Origin: Octopus bimaculoides
Lineage: Eukaryota
Length of the DNA: 64,000 bases
Assembly: GCF_001194135.2 (NCBI RefSeq)
Contig: NC_068987.1
Span: 34,734,036 to 34,798,035 of the forward strand
Direction of reading: 5' to 3'
How positions within the stretch are numbered: position 1 is the first letter of the stretch; every line of letters begins with the position of its first letter. The position numbers were made by a program, and so were the translations under genes. This document shows positions 38,140 to 50,842 of the stretch, in pieces. The notes beneath the pieces are model-generated. The model was not told the origin of the DNA. It searched no databases and saw nothing but the letters and a program-made list of their open reading frames with translations.

Positions 38140-38295
38140 CAAAAAAACAATAACAAAAACAACAAAGTGAGGACGTGATAGGGATAGTGTTATTGGACGC
38201 TCAGGAAAGGAAAGAAAGAGCGTATGACGTTTCGGGCGTAGCCCTTCGTCGGAAAGATGGAAAGTTCGGAGAATGGAAGAACGGAGAAAGAGGAA
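38140..38295 (-). mobile_element. PLE-type terminal-repeat segment carrying a hammerhead-like motif
   Basis: Homologous to 48672-48745 (gacgctcaggaaag...acgttt..gc...gc.cttc...ggaaag); lies immediately 3' of the GIY-YIG remnant. Confidence 0.65.
38222..38256 (-). ncRNA. Minimal type-I hammerhead-like motif (CCGACGA core)
   Basis: CTTT CCGACGA A GGGC-TAC-GCCC GAAA CG TC; stem II is intact and stem I is decayed. Confidence 0.55.
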
Positions 38296-38304
38296 AATGG
38301 TATA

Positions 38305-41082
38305 TATATATAGGTAAACTTATATAAATAATTTAACTTATGTCTACATTCAATTTTATGTTCATTTAGAGAATTAAACATCCTTTTTATTACTAGTTAA
38401 TAATATCTCCTTAATTTCATTAGTACATAATAAACAAATATTACTACCTATTCGATATTATTTTGCCTTACAACACCTCTCAATTTAAATTGTACTTAAT
38501 ATTTTTAGATTTTAGTTCCCATGCATATTTACTAAGGCCAGTAGAATTAATTAACCTCCTATTCTTAAAAGAATTCATGTGTTGAGCCACCCGTGATTTA
38601 ATTTTATTAGAAGTCGACTCTACGTAAATAGTACTTAAATTATAACTATTCCTATTATTATCATCAATCAAAGTCACTACACATTTATAAACTACATCCT
38701 CCAGATTTATTATGAAATTTACATTTAGTTTTATCTCTACATGTACTATTAATTATATTCTCGACTATATTATTATTATTATTATTATTCAGTAGTTTTA
38801 TTTTTATAACGTGCTTTCACTTCACTACCGAGCGCAGCTCTGTGCGCCTTGGGTATGTGCTGTGGTTTGCTGTGGTGCTCTTATGTTTACTGTATTGAAA
38901 GTGTTTTGCGTAGAATGTGTGCAGTACCCAGTAGTGCAATTTTCTGTATGTTATATATATTTGTAAGTCCTGGTGTTTTTGTTATGTATTTGTCTGAATA
39001 TTTTTTTATTATACCTAAGGCACCTACTATGATAGGAATTGTTTCTGTTTTTAGATTCCACATTCGAGTTATCTCTATTTCCNNNNNNNNNNCCTTAATT
39101 TCTCTATCTGTGTGTATTGGCATATCCCAGAGTATGGTTGCTTTCTCGTTTTCTGTGACCTTTTCTGGCGTGTGTTTATACCATCTTTTTTCTGTTGCTA
39201 TTCCATAATGTTGGCATAGCTTCCAGTGTAAATAGGTCCCAGCTCTGTCGTGTCTGTGAATATATTCCTTCTTAGCCAGGACTGGGCAGCCAGAGATAAT
39301 ATGATTTATTGTTTCTTGTCGATCTCCACATATTCTACAGTTACTTGTTATATTTCTTTTCATTATGTGTTTTTGGTAATTTCTGGTGGGGAGGCTTTGG
39401 TCTTGTGTATTATTATTATTATCATTATTATTATTATTGTTATTATTATTATTGGAATAATTATTAGATTTGTTTTTGTAAAACTTATTTAGCTCAAATT
39501 TATTAAAAGAAGAAATAATATTACCAAAATTATTAGTAGAAGAATAACCAACTCTAATATTACCAACATTATTAGAATTAGAATAACCAACTAATTATTA
39601 TAAAAAACTGTTATTATATTTTTTTATTATCTCTAATGAGTACTTCAATTATATTTAAAACCTCTTTAATAATGTTTGTTTCAACTTCAACTCCTTAGGG
39701 AACAATTAACCAGATTTTGTGCTTGTTATTTTTAATATTATATCTATTTTTTATTCTATTAAATTTATCATTATCATTCAAGGAATTAAATTTAATCTTA
39801 TTTTTAGTCTATTATTACTATATTTATGTTTTGTATTATCATAATACTTATTATTAATACCATAATTAGCTAAAGAAAACTTAGCATAATTCTTAATGTT
39901 AGGCTTATAATTATAAAACAAAATGTAGGAATCATTTATATTATCATCTATTATATCATAATTATATTTAGAATTATTAAACAATGTAATATCATCATTA
40001 TATCACGCCTCCTGCAGGGCTTCATTATCAGGTGCGTGTTTTTGGAAAATCTCAAAATTAGAAGAAAGCAACGATCTTCTTTTACGTATATTATCTGTCA
40101 ACGATGTCTTAATTAAGAGTGGATGATTGCTATTAGAATCAATATATCTAAGGTTCTCATTAATTTTATGGAACGTCTGGGTTTACTTGTTATTAAATTA
40201 AAATTATTATCGAAGGAATAAACATTGTAGGTTTCATTATATATAGTAATATATATATTCTATATAGTAATCCAATTCTTTTTAAAAATATATTGTTTCT
40301 TCTTATATAATTCTAGAGTTATATTGGTGCAATTCTTAGTTATTGATATAAGGTCATCCCTATATAAACCACCCTCCAACTTCAAATTTTTTAATTGAAG
40401 TTCGATAATAAATAAATACCTACTAAATCAGTTGCTTGTACAGAATCGGGTGCCCCATAGGTATATCAAAATAGTCCCTATTTTCTAGCCCACAATTTAT
40501 TATTATATCTAATCAACGATTTCCTAACCGTTTTAATTATATTAACTTAATCATAAGTCATTCCTAACTTATTCATTGCGTAAATTAGGCCCTTATTAAA
40601 TACAGTCTCATTAATTGAAAAATAATAATTATCTGTATCTATTTGAATGAATTTATATCTATTCTTATCTTGAATATTATTAAACCATTTTAAAGTATCA
40701 TTAGTGCTAGTCCAAAGTTTAATGTAATTAATTTCATTTAATCTATTAATATATTTATCTAAAATGATCTTACTTAATTTACATATATATGTTTTACATG
40801 GACAAATAAGTTTAACTCTTGGGTCAGAATAACAATTATCTTTATGTTTTTTATGTTTTTTTAAAGTAATTCTAGAGTGCATAGGTGCATAAGGTTCATT
40901 GTTATTATCTAATATATATTTGAACATGATTAATTTATAGGCCTTATTTATATTATAAAGAGTATTTTCTGGAACAATTTTATACTTTTATTTGTTTTTC
41001 TCTGAAAGGTTATAATATACTTTAACATCTAGTATTGGAATCGAATTTATTTCAAATATAGCCATGAAACGCGCGTAGTCAT
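38305..41082 (-). mobile_element. Degenerate AT-rich Penelope-like element (RT + GIY-YIG), interrupted by a Dong-like insertion
   Basis: KKHKDN..SDPRVKLICPCK..ICKLSKIILD...KFIQIDTDNYYFSI; FDIPMGAPDS..DLVGIYLL; GLYRDD (YRDD at 40353-40364); C-terminal IYVESTSNKIKSRVAQHMNSF..STGLSKYAWELK..ECRHK. Confidence 0.85.
38790..39407 (-). mobile_element. 5'-truncated R4/Dong-like LINE flanked by (TAA)n on both sides
   Basis: QDQSL...CRICGDRQETINHIISGCPVLAKKEYIHRHD...ILWD..IHTD...RMWNLKTETIPIIVGALG...LRKTLSIQ*, then the 3' UTR. Confidence 0.93.
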
Positions 41083-41515
41083 TNNNNNNNNNNNNNNNNN
41101 NNNNNNNNNNNNNNNNNNNNNNNNNNNNNNNNNNNNNNNNNNNNNNNNNNNNNNNNNNNNNNNNNNNNNNNNNNNNNNNNNNNNNNNNNNNNNNNNNNNN
41201 NNNNNNNNNNNNNNNNNNNNNNNNNNNNNNNNNNNNNNNNNNNNNNNNNNNNNNNNNNNNNNNNNNNNNNNNNNNNNNNNNNNNNNNNNNNNNNNNNNNN
41301 NNNNNNNNNNNNNNNNNNNNNNNNNNNNNNNNNNNNNNNNNNNNNNNNNNNNNNNNNNNNNNNNNNNNNNNNNNNNNNNNNNNNNNNNNNNNNNNNNNNN
41401 NNNNNNNNNNNNNNNNNNNNNNNNNNNNNNNNNNNNNNNNNNNNNNNNNNNNNNNNNNNNNNATATGTATAGGTGTATATATGTATATATATGTATTCAT
41501 ATATGTATATATATG

Positions 41516-41587
<72 letters not shown>

Positions 41588-43156
41588 AACAGAATACCTA
41601 TATTTGTAGTTGTGAAGTATTGTCTTTATGCCATTTTATATTAATATGTTAAGTATCTCTTGAACCGAATTACTTTGACTGTAAGTGGCAGTTATAATTC
41701 TAAGCTTGTTCTCTTTTCAAATCTTGATTATCCTATTCAATGATGATAAATACAATAAAAGAATTAAATAGTAAGTGAAATTCCACAATGAAGAACAGAG
41801 TACGGCGTACAATGTTACATTTTTTGTCAAGTATTATTTGTTACTATTTTATATATTTAGTCCACTAGTATGCTCTTATTTAGTTTCCATCTTTGTCTTT
41901 ACTTTATTTCATTCTTCTGGGCGATAAGCTGTAGATGCTTATATATAACTCTGTAAAAATTTTACAGGATTTTATGTGAAATATATCATATAAGAGAAAA
42001 ACTTTATTATTTATAATAGTATTCTCATTTACGTAAGAAGTTAAAATAATAACCTTTTAAAGATTTAATACATACGAATTTTGTTGTTGATGCCACTTCA
42101 TAAAATTCAAGTTTTCGAATGTTATTTATGTAGTATTAGACCATATTAAGCGGTATGAACTAATAACGCTGGTCGTACAACGAATAGCTTTCAACATATT
42201 TCCTTTCAATTCAGTATTAAAATCAAAAACGGAACAATGGAGTACTCTAAAGTTTATGTTAATAACAATTTTCTAGTTTTATCCTTAGTGTTTTAAATCA
42301 TTTTTAGAAGATAGATAGGTTACAAAGATGAAGCTAAAAAGAAAAATAAATAAGTAAATGAAAGTCAACAGTTAGCCACAAAATTAATGGATTTCTGAGT
42401 TGGTGAAATTTCAGACAGTAGATAAAATGTATAAGTAAATGGAAAAAATAGTTGTCATTTCAGCAAAACTAAAATTAAGATATATCAGTGAGTGTATCAT
42501 TATGTGCCGTTAAATTATTGTTTTATTTTTTGGAGGAAATGAAAGTTAAATCACTTAGTGCTGCTATCAGTTTTTAATGAGAAAAAATGTCGACCTCAAC
42601 AGATATATCGAAGATCAAAGCAAATTTTCTTAGGCTTGCACATTATTTCTCGTTGTTGGTGTCATTTATGGAGCTATTTATGTGACTAACTCGGAAAGCT
42701 GCAAGACAAGATAACATTTATTCAAAATTAAATTATTGCTTATATTATTTGATCTCAATTTTATACACGCATGAATGTAAATTAGGCATTCATATCACAA
42801 AAAAGCAAAGAGTGATATATAAATATTAGGCTTTGACCGTCAGATATAAACTTTAATGTTTAAATTTAATATTCCAAGATATGCAAATTGTGATGAACAA
42901 AGTGTAACCATATTAAGCTATTATGATTATATTTGCACTTAAATAAGGTCTACTTAAATCGCTGTTTCAGAAAGAAAAAATATATTTCTACTTTGCAAAC
43001 AAATGAGTAAATAATTCATTTCCAAAACTGAGATAAGCGGTAAACAATATCAGAAATGAAGGGAATGTAAATGACAGGCAAGTTACGTTGAATACACTAT
43101 GAAATAATTTACGTTACGTGGACATAAGCAAACCAACACTAGTTGATCACCTGGGG

Positions 43157-43192
<36 letters not shown>

Positions 43193-44185
43193 TATTCGTT
43201 TGGCAAAGAAGTAATTTCAGTTTTTTAATTTGAAATAAAAGTCATGAGCATTAATCAATTATATATTTTCCATTTTGTTCGACAAACTTTTACCATCTTC
43301 TGGCAATTTCATAATTCCGCGTTCATAAAACGTTTGGTCCTTAGCTAAAAACTTAAGCAAGTGCGATTTCCCGTCACCCTCAATTTTAAAATTTTATCAT
43401 TCAAAGGATTTTGAAAATATCAAAATAAATAGTAATCTGATAGTGCAAATTCAGAGTTATAGGATGGATGAGACCTCACTTAACAACCAAGCTCGAATAC
43501 TTTTTCACGAGTAGCAGAGATGTGTGTGCTCTAGCGTCGTCATGGTGGAACACGATTCCTTTCCGATTTGACTTTTCTGGCTCTTTGTCTTCGATTGCTT
43601 CCTCTCCTCCAGTTTCATTAGTTATTGACCGTAAATATCTGAATTGGTCGTTTGGTAACTTGGTAGCAGCTCAAAATGCACAACACTTTTGTAATACCAC
43701 CAACTTTAGAGCATGACCTCTTTGTAATGCAATTCACATTTCGATGTGGTTTGTGCTGGATCATTACGCTTAGAGCATGATTATTTTTCATTGATGCCAT
43801 TCTATGCACGCCATGTTTTCATTACCAGTGATTATTCGTTTAAACAAAGGTCGATTTAAGTGCGTTTGAGATGTATATCGCAAATATAGATTCGTTGTGT
43901 TAAGTGAATCTCTTTCAATTCGTGTGGAACCCAAACATCGATCTTCTTAACGAGTCCAAGATATTTTAAATGACCTTCAATTGTGTCTTATACATTTAAC
44001 CTCCCTGCAATCTCTCGCACAGTTAAATGATTCGGCTTTGATTCGGTTATCAACATCAGTAGGTCGACCAGAACGTTGGTCATCTTTGAGTGAAAAATCT
44101 CGAGAACAGAATTTTTGAACCATTACTGGTATGTGCGTTTTGTTAATCAGTCAACACCATGAACTTCACATATTTGTTTGTGTTT
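43193..44185 (-). mobile_element. Decayed mariner (DD34D-type) transposase with one terminal repeat
   Basis: With frameshifts: ICEVHG..WFK..DFSLKDDQRSGRP, WVP-like region, LFKRIITGNE (ITGDE), HPSYNSEFALSDYYLF (YSPDL motif). TIR-like tattcgtttggcaaagaagtaatt at 43193. Confidence 0.8.
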
Positions 44186-44879
44186 AGCATCACCCCTGCT
44201 CAGGTTCTTTCTGATCAACGTCACCACACCTGGCTCGCAGACTTAGTAATTCTCCCATTCTGCTGCCAGTTCGCGTAAACGCTGGCCAGTAGGTACCCGA
44301 ACATTCTGGCATACTTTTATACAATTCTCTATATTTATTAAATACAAAGAGCCTTTACGTTTTAACTAGTGTATTAAATAATTACATGTAGCAATTCGTT
44401 TATAGTAACTGCTGGTTATTCGGTTGGCCCATATTTAATATTGAATTTAAATTCCTGTCCATAAAGAAGCTTGTGATTAATTTTTGTTCACTGTTGTTAC
44501 ATCTATTTATTTTTAATATTAATGGGCATTGTTTTGCTTATTTGAAGAAAATGTTTCCTAATTCCTTTGAAATTTACACAAAAATTGCGGATTAAAAAGT
44601 TTTTGTAGCGAAATTAAAACAACATTTTAAATGCGAAAATGCAAGTTTTAGATTAACGTTGTTCAATCGTATCTGATATTATCATCATGCCACTGTGTTG
44701 GTCGTTGTTACTTTGTTAGTTTGTGTGTTTTACAAAAGCATTTTCTAATGAAAAACAAAAAACTTTAAGATTGTGCATTCATTACATCATTATCTCCATC
44801 CTCATTATTGTCATCAGCTTCACCATTACTATTGTTGAATTTGTTCTTGTTGCTTAACTCAACATCTGCACTTGAGAAT

Positions 44880-46700
44880 GTAACGCCACTGCAACTCCAC
44901 ACACACACGAACTATGGGCTAATCCTCTTTATGAGCTTGGTAATTATAGTAATCAACGTTCCAATAAAAATTGGTATAACACTCACCTTCTGCAATATCC
45001 ATAATATTTTACTTCCTACTACATCCTATGTGGTACGATTCTCTTATTTTTTTCTATACACTATCATCACAAGAGAATGTAATATCCATGATTAAACATG
45101 TTTTCTTTACTTTATTTGCATCCACATGTAGTTTTCGACGTTCAGTTCCTTAATCACGTTCGATCTTTGCTTCCCACTGTATCGTTACTTTGTGATTCTC
45201 AATATTTCTGCTGGGGTTTGCCCATAGCACATATCTGCCGAAACCATTCAACAGATAATCACTACACCCTGTTTTCAAGTTACACATCCTTAGCTTATGT
45301 CACCTTCCATCAGTGTGTCTATTCCTGGTCATCTCTCGCAAACTTCCCGTTCGACATTACTCCTTCCCTTTTCTTTTGTATTCCTTAATCTGTTTTATTT
45401 TTTGTACTCCTCTGTATGCATGTATCTGTCTTGTCTATACCAGATATTATCACCCGAGCTACCAAGGGATGTATGGCACTCACAAAACAACAGCTCAAGT
45501 TAATATATTTATCTTTCTCAGCCGATTTGTCCTCATCCATATTCGTGTCTGCTTAAATGTAGTCTGCCAATATTGTCGTTGGAGTTGAATGTTCCATTCA
45601 TTGTGAGTAATTATAGCGATTTAGATCCAGTCTCTGTAAATCATCGAACTTTCAATTGATAATTCCTTCACCATACGTCAGCCGCTTATCTCTTGTTAAT
45701 TGAATCTTAATTCTATTCAGTTTCGATCGCAGCACTTCATTCATTTCATTCACTCCTAATATGTTCAGGTATTCATACCCTGTATCGTCAATCCATCTCA
45801 TTGTTTCCGCAGGTAGTAAGTCTAAACATTTGTATCCTTCCTGCTTTTTTTTGGTGGGGGGGGGGATATTATTCCATAATTTTAAAGCCACATTCCATTT
45901 TCATATCCTTGTTACAGCAATGAACTGTGTTCACTAAGATTCTGACTTAAGAATTGTACCTATCATGCAGGTCACGATATTCCATGCGTAATAGATGATT
46001 GATTTTTACTATTTTCTTTACAACTTATCTCCCTGTCTTACTTTTTTTTAGTAACGATGTTAAAGGCATCAAGTACAAAAACAAACTCTTTCATCTTCAA
46101 AATCCCTTTCTTTATTCTTAATCATATTAGGTACTATCCGTATAATGTGAGCTCAGTCTTCTAACTTACCATTACGTCTTACACAGTAAAACGTTAGGGT
46201 AATTCTGTTCAATTTGTAAGATGTTCAAATATTAAATGATCCACACGTGCGGCATCTTATCCTAGTTGTGTAGTAATTTATCCAGGTCATTGTTTATAAC
46301 CTTTTATCATTATATAATCTATGCATAGCTAGTGTTATTACACTTGAAATTTCGTTTACACATTTTTTTGCTCAAAACTGAGAATTCTTTTATCATCAAA
46401 AAATCCATATATTTTCCCTACATTTATTCCAGTGAAAAGCTTTCACATTACTATAATTTATGACTATAATTATACGCAGTTTTCTTTTTTGAAGCATCCT
46501 TGAAAGAGTGCTGGTCATCGCATAGTTAACCATTCGAGTCAATTTCAAATTCAGTTGATAAGTTACTGAATTTGTTCTACTGTTATTCTATGGTACCTGT
46601 CCGCTTATTTAACTAATACACCTGAACAATATCAGGTTTATCAGCATTCCAATGACTTATCTTCCTATATAGTTATCGCAACTATCTTCTTCGAAAAATA
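44880..46700 (-). pseudogene. Old, long R4/Dong-like LINE remnant (RT through RLE)
   Basis: NHLL...LVNTV..NKDMKMECG..; LPAETMRWIDDTGYEYL..SKLN..YGEGII; IENHKVTIQWE...CLIMDIT; VIPIFIGTL. The left boundary of the RT portion is approximate. Confidence 0.6.
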
Positions 46701-47307
46701 ATTTCTTCTTGTGACTAAGAAACAGAATCCTTCATACTTAGTAGTCACTCAGTCCCTCCATTATGTTGCTCCTCCTCTCTTCATATTTTTACCGCAAAAT
46801 ATTCGACTGTCTCCTGCTTTTTGAGTAATTTCTCACTTATTTCAAGCCGAATCAAACTGTTTTAAATAGTAGTATATGTAACTCCTGCTAGATGTGCTAA
46901 GTGAATTTTTCTTTCTTTTGTCCACACACAGATACACACAAACACTATCACTCTCTCCCCTCCTCTCTCTCTCTCACACACACGCACACACCCAAAAACA
47001 CATTCACACACAATGTTGCCGACTTTACTACTGTCGGTTTCTAAGTCCCTTCAAAGCCCCCTCCCCCATACACCAAGGAACAACCAGCTTCATGACAATT
47101 CACGCCGTCCGAGAGATTCACCGTTATAATATAGCTGGTGACACAGGAATGCCAATCTGACTTCAGACAACACAATGTGATTCACAATGGCCATTAGCAG
47201 CCCGTTTTACAGTAGCTCTCTTGGACTTCTCCATTCGCTAACGCGATCTACGTTTCCGTAAGAAGCCAGAGAAATTTTAAATCGCATAGAGCGAATCAAA
47301 CGGTCTT

Positions 47308-47362
<55 letters not shown>

Positions 47363-47420
47363 TTAATAATAATAATAATGATAATAATAATAATAATAAT
47401 TATTATTATTATTATTATTA

Positions 47421-47469
<49 letters not shown>

Positions 47470-47475
47470 CATCAT
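47308..47475. repeat. (AAT)n immediately followed by (ATT)n: an inverted microsatellite
   Basis: Seen directly; the strand switch is at ~47400. Confidence 0.95.
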
Positions 47476-47477
47476 AA

Positions 47478-47710
47478 GGCGGCGAGCTGGCAGAAACGTT
47501 ATCACGCAGGACAAACTGCTTAGCGGTATTTCGTCTGCCGTTACGTTGTGAATTCAAATTCCGTCGAGGTTGACTTCGCCTGTTATGCTTTCGGGGTCCA
47601 TAGATTAAGTACCAGTTACGCACTGGGGTCGCTGTAGTCAACTTAATCCCTTTGTCTGTTCTTGTTTGTCTCCTCTATATTTAGCCCCTTGGGGGCAATA
47701 AAGAAATAAG
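47478..47710 (+). mobile_element. SINE family B (tRNA-like head, Nin/Deu-like central domain), full length
   Basis: ggcggcgagctggcagaaacgtta...gaattcaaattccg...ctttcggggtccatagattaagtaccagtt...; the central motif resembles the Nin/Deu-domain consensus (recalled). Confidence 0.85.
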
Positions 47711-47714
47711 AAAA

Positions 47715-47905
47715 GTTAGGACGCCGGGCGAAATGCTTACCAGTATTTCGTCTGTCTTTAATTTCTGTGTTTAAATTCAGTCGAGGTCATTTTGCCTTTC
47801 AGCATTTCGAGATCAATAAATTAAGCACCAGTTGCGTACTGAAGTCCATCTAATCAACTCGCCCCCTCCTCCAAAATTTCAGGCCTTCTGCTAGAGTAGA
47901 AAAGA
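47715..47905 (+). mobile_element. Second, older SINE family B copy in tandem (head-truncated)
   Basis: gttaggacgccgggcgaaatgctt...ataaattaagcaccagtt; its 3' part differs from the first copy and resembles 53488-53697. Confidence 0.75.
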
Positions 47906-47913
47906 TTTTATTA

Positions 47914-47951
<38 letters not shown>

Positions 47952-48212
47952 GTTATTATTATTATCATTATTATTTTATATACAAACATATACATCAATA
48001 TATACATACACACGAATACACATAACCCCTCCACACACATAAACAAACAAACACACACACACGCACACGCATATATATATATGTATATNNNNNNNNNNNN
48101 NNNNNNNNNNNNNNNNNNNNNNNNNNNNNNNNNNNNNNNNNNNNNNNNNNNNNNNNNNNNNNNNNNNNNNNNNNNNNNNNNNNNNATATATATATATATA
48201 TATATATATATA

Positions 48213-48600
48213 GGCGCACAGGTGGCTTTGAGTTAAGTAGCTTGCCTACTAACCACATGCGTAGCAACTTGGGCAAATGTCTTCTACTATGGCCCCGGCC
48301 TGACCAAAGACCTTGTGCGTGGATATGGTTGACAGAAACTGAAAGAAGCCGGTCATATACATATGTGTATGTGTACGTGTGTATGTATGTTTGTGAGTCT
48401 GCATTTTCTCCAACATCGCTTGGCAACTGATGTTGGCTTGTTTACTTCCCCGTAACGTAGTGGTACAGCAAAAGAGAGCGATGAAATAAGTCCTAAGCTT
48501 ACAACGATGTCCTGGGTTTGATTTGTTCCACAAAACGCGATACTCCTGCATGGCCGCAGTCAAATGTCTGAAATAAATAAAGAATGAAACAATAAAAGAA
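48213..48600 (+). mobile_element. SINE family A, near full length
   Basis: Head ggcgcacaggtggc..., internal (TA/TG) block, tail catggccgcagtcaaatgtctgaaa. Confidence 0.9.
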
Positions 48601-48659
48601 TATACATATATTTGAAATGTACAGAGAACCAAAAGACGAAGACATATGTATGAAAGATA

Positions 48660-49050
48660 GGTATGTGTATTAGTTTGACGCTCAGGAAAGTGAGGCTTTT
48701 ACGTTTGGAGCCTTAGCTCTTCAACGGAAAGAAATAAGAGTAAGTAAACAGAGAGAGAATTTTTAAAAAATGCTTGTGAATTTGGCTGTCAAGAAGGGGT
48801 GATAAAAAGTTTATCATCCCAAAACGAAGGTGTGGGGAAGTGTGAGGTGGGTGAGTGTGAAGGGGTATCGCTGATTAGAGAAAGTTGGTAGGAGAGAAGA
48901 GACGGACTAGTTGTCAAAAGAAGAGAGGAGGGGACTTGAGCCCATGTGGTGCAAAGCAAGGAAGAGAGAATACTAAATCCTGTTCACGGCGATGGCGGGA
49001 GCCCGGATGGCCCCTGTGCAGAAAATATTTATTCACAGATAGGTGTTGCA
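48660..49050 (-). mobile_element. Penelope-like element 3' end (GIY-YIG C-terminus + terminal repeat)
   Basis: HRREQDLVFSLPCFAPHGLK resembles the PLE E..WI..L.T..P.GLN terminal motif; a hammerhead-like motif follows at 48696-48731. Confidence 0.6.
48696..48731 (-). ncRNA. Decayed minimal hammerhead-like motif
   Basis: CTTT CCGTTGA A GAGC-TAAG-GCTC CAAA CG TA AAAG; stems I and II pair, and the core has extra mutations. Confidence 0.4.
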
Positions 49051-49053
49051 GTG

Positions 49054-49084
<31 letters not shown>

Positions 49085-49618
49085 NNNNNNNNNNNNNNNN
49101 NNNNNNNNNNNNNNNNNNNNNNNNNNNNNNNNNNNNNNNNNNNNNNNNNNNNNNNNNNNNNNNNNNNNNNNNNNNNNNNNNNNNNNNNNNNNNNNNNNNN
49201 NNNNNNNNNNNNNNNNNNNNNNNNNNNNNNNNNNNNNNNNNNNNNNNNNNNNNNNNNNNNNNNNNNNNNNNNNNNNNNNNNNNNNNNNNNNNNNNNNNNN
49301 NNNNNNNNNNNNNNNNNNNNNNNNNNNNNNNNNNNNNNNNNNNNNNNNNNNNNNNNNNNNNNNNNNNNNNNNNNNNNNNNNNNNNNNNNNNNNNNNNNNN
49401 NNNNNNNNNNNNNNNNNNNNNNNNNNNNNNNNNNNNNNNNNNNNNNNNNNNNNNNNNNNNNNNNNNNNNNNNNNNNNNNNNNNNNNNNNNNNNNNNNNNN
49501 NNNNNNNNNNNNNNNNNNNNNNNNNNNNNNNNNNNNNNNNNNNNNNNNNNNNNNNNNNNNNNNNNNNNNNNNNNNNNNNNNNNNNNNNNNNNNNNNNNNN
49601 NNNNNNNNNNNNNNNNNN

Positions 49619-49664
<46 letters not shown>

Positions 49665-50842
49665 TAAATATAGAGATATTCTATTGACAATCCAATAATT
49701 TATTTATATTAACATATTACATTACATACTCTGATTATAATAATTATGGAATTCTCCCTGCGATAAATTAAGTAAAGAAAGAGAGAAATTTCCATTGGCT
49801 TTCTATTCATATCTACTACGGAATTATCCGTCCGAGAAAATTATCAATGTAGAAGATTATCATTAGTTAATTTAGGCAATAAATCTTTTATCCCAACTAA
49901 CTTAAATAGACAAAATTGTTGTTGTATTGAAGATGTAATTGTTATATTTTTTGTTACAGAAGACTTAGTGAATTATATACATTTATATACACACATATAT
50001 TATTATTGCATGCTGTGACCACAAGAGACTATCTTGGACATGAAAGGGTTTCAATTGGTAACTGTTTGAGATATAATAAAGTGAATTTTGATGGTTGTGG
50101 ACTGCACTTACTTGATTAAATTGTCTGTTAAATGTTTTTGTTGTTTTTTAATTGTAATTGATGTAAGATTGAATAGTTAACGCTCACGCACATAACAGAA
50201 ATTTGAATTAATTTTTACAATATAGCCGTCCTCTCACACGGAATTTCGTCTTTTTGAAACAAGGACCCTGAAGGGACTTATTTATAATAGAACCGTTATT
50301 ATGTATATCAGAGAAAATATATATAAGTCGAAACAATTTGTTGGCCTTTTACGGTTTTTATAATTATTTATATAATATTATGTTATGTTATATATTATAT
50401 TCATAGTATTTAATGTAATATTGTAATATAAATAAATTTTGGGATTGTCAAAACAATATTTCTATATTTAATTTATCGTTGTTAGTGAATTATACCAATA
50501 TTTATATGGTATACAAGTGAAGTACTAGTGAATTGGGTGTTTAACAAGCCCGTTTCATGGTCAACTTTTACTCAGTTTGTTATTATATATATATATATAT
50601 NNNNNNNNNNNNNNNNNNNNNNNNNNNNNNNNNNNNNNNNNNNNNNNNNNNNNNNNNNNNNNNNNNNNNNNNNNNNNNNNNNNNNNNNNNNNNNNNNNNN
50701 NNNNNNNNNNNNNNNNNNNNNNNNNNNNNNNNNNNNNNNNNNNNNNNNNNNNNNNNNNNNNNNNNNNNNNNNNNNNNNNNNNNNNNNNNNNNNNNNNNNN
50801 NNNNNNNNNNNNNNNNNNNNNNNNNNNNNNNNNNNNNNAGCA

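Noticed and set aside
43193-44185. Domesticated SETMAR-like gene
   Set aside because: Many stops and frameshifts, no SET domain, and a transposon TIR is present.
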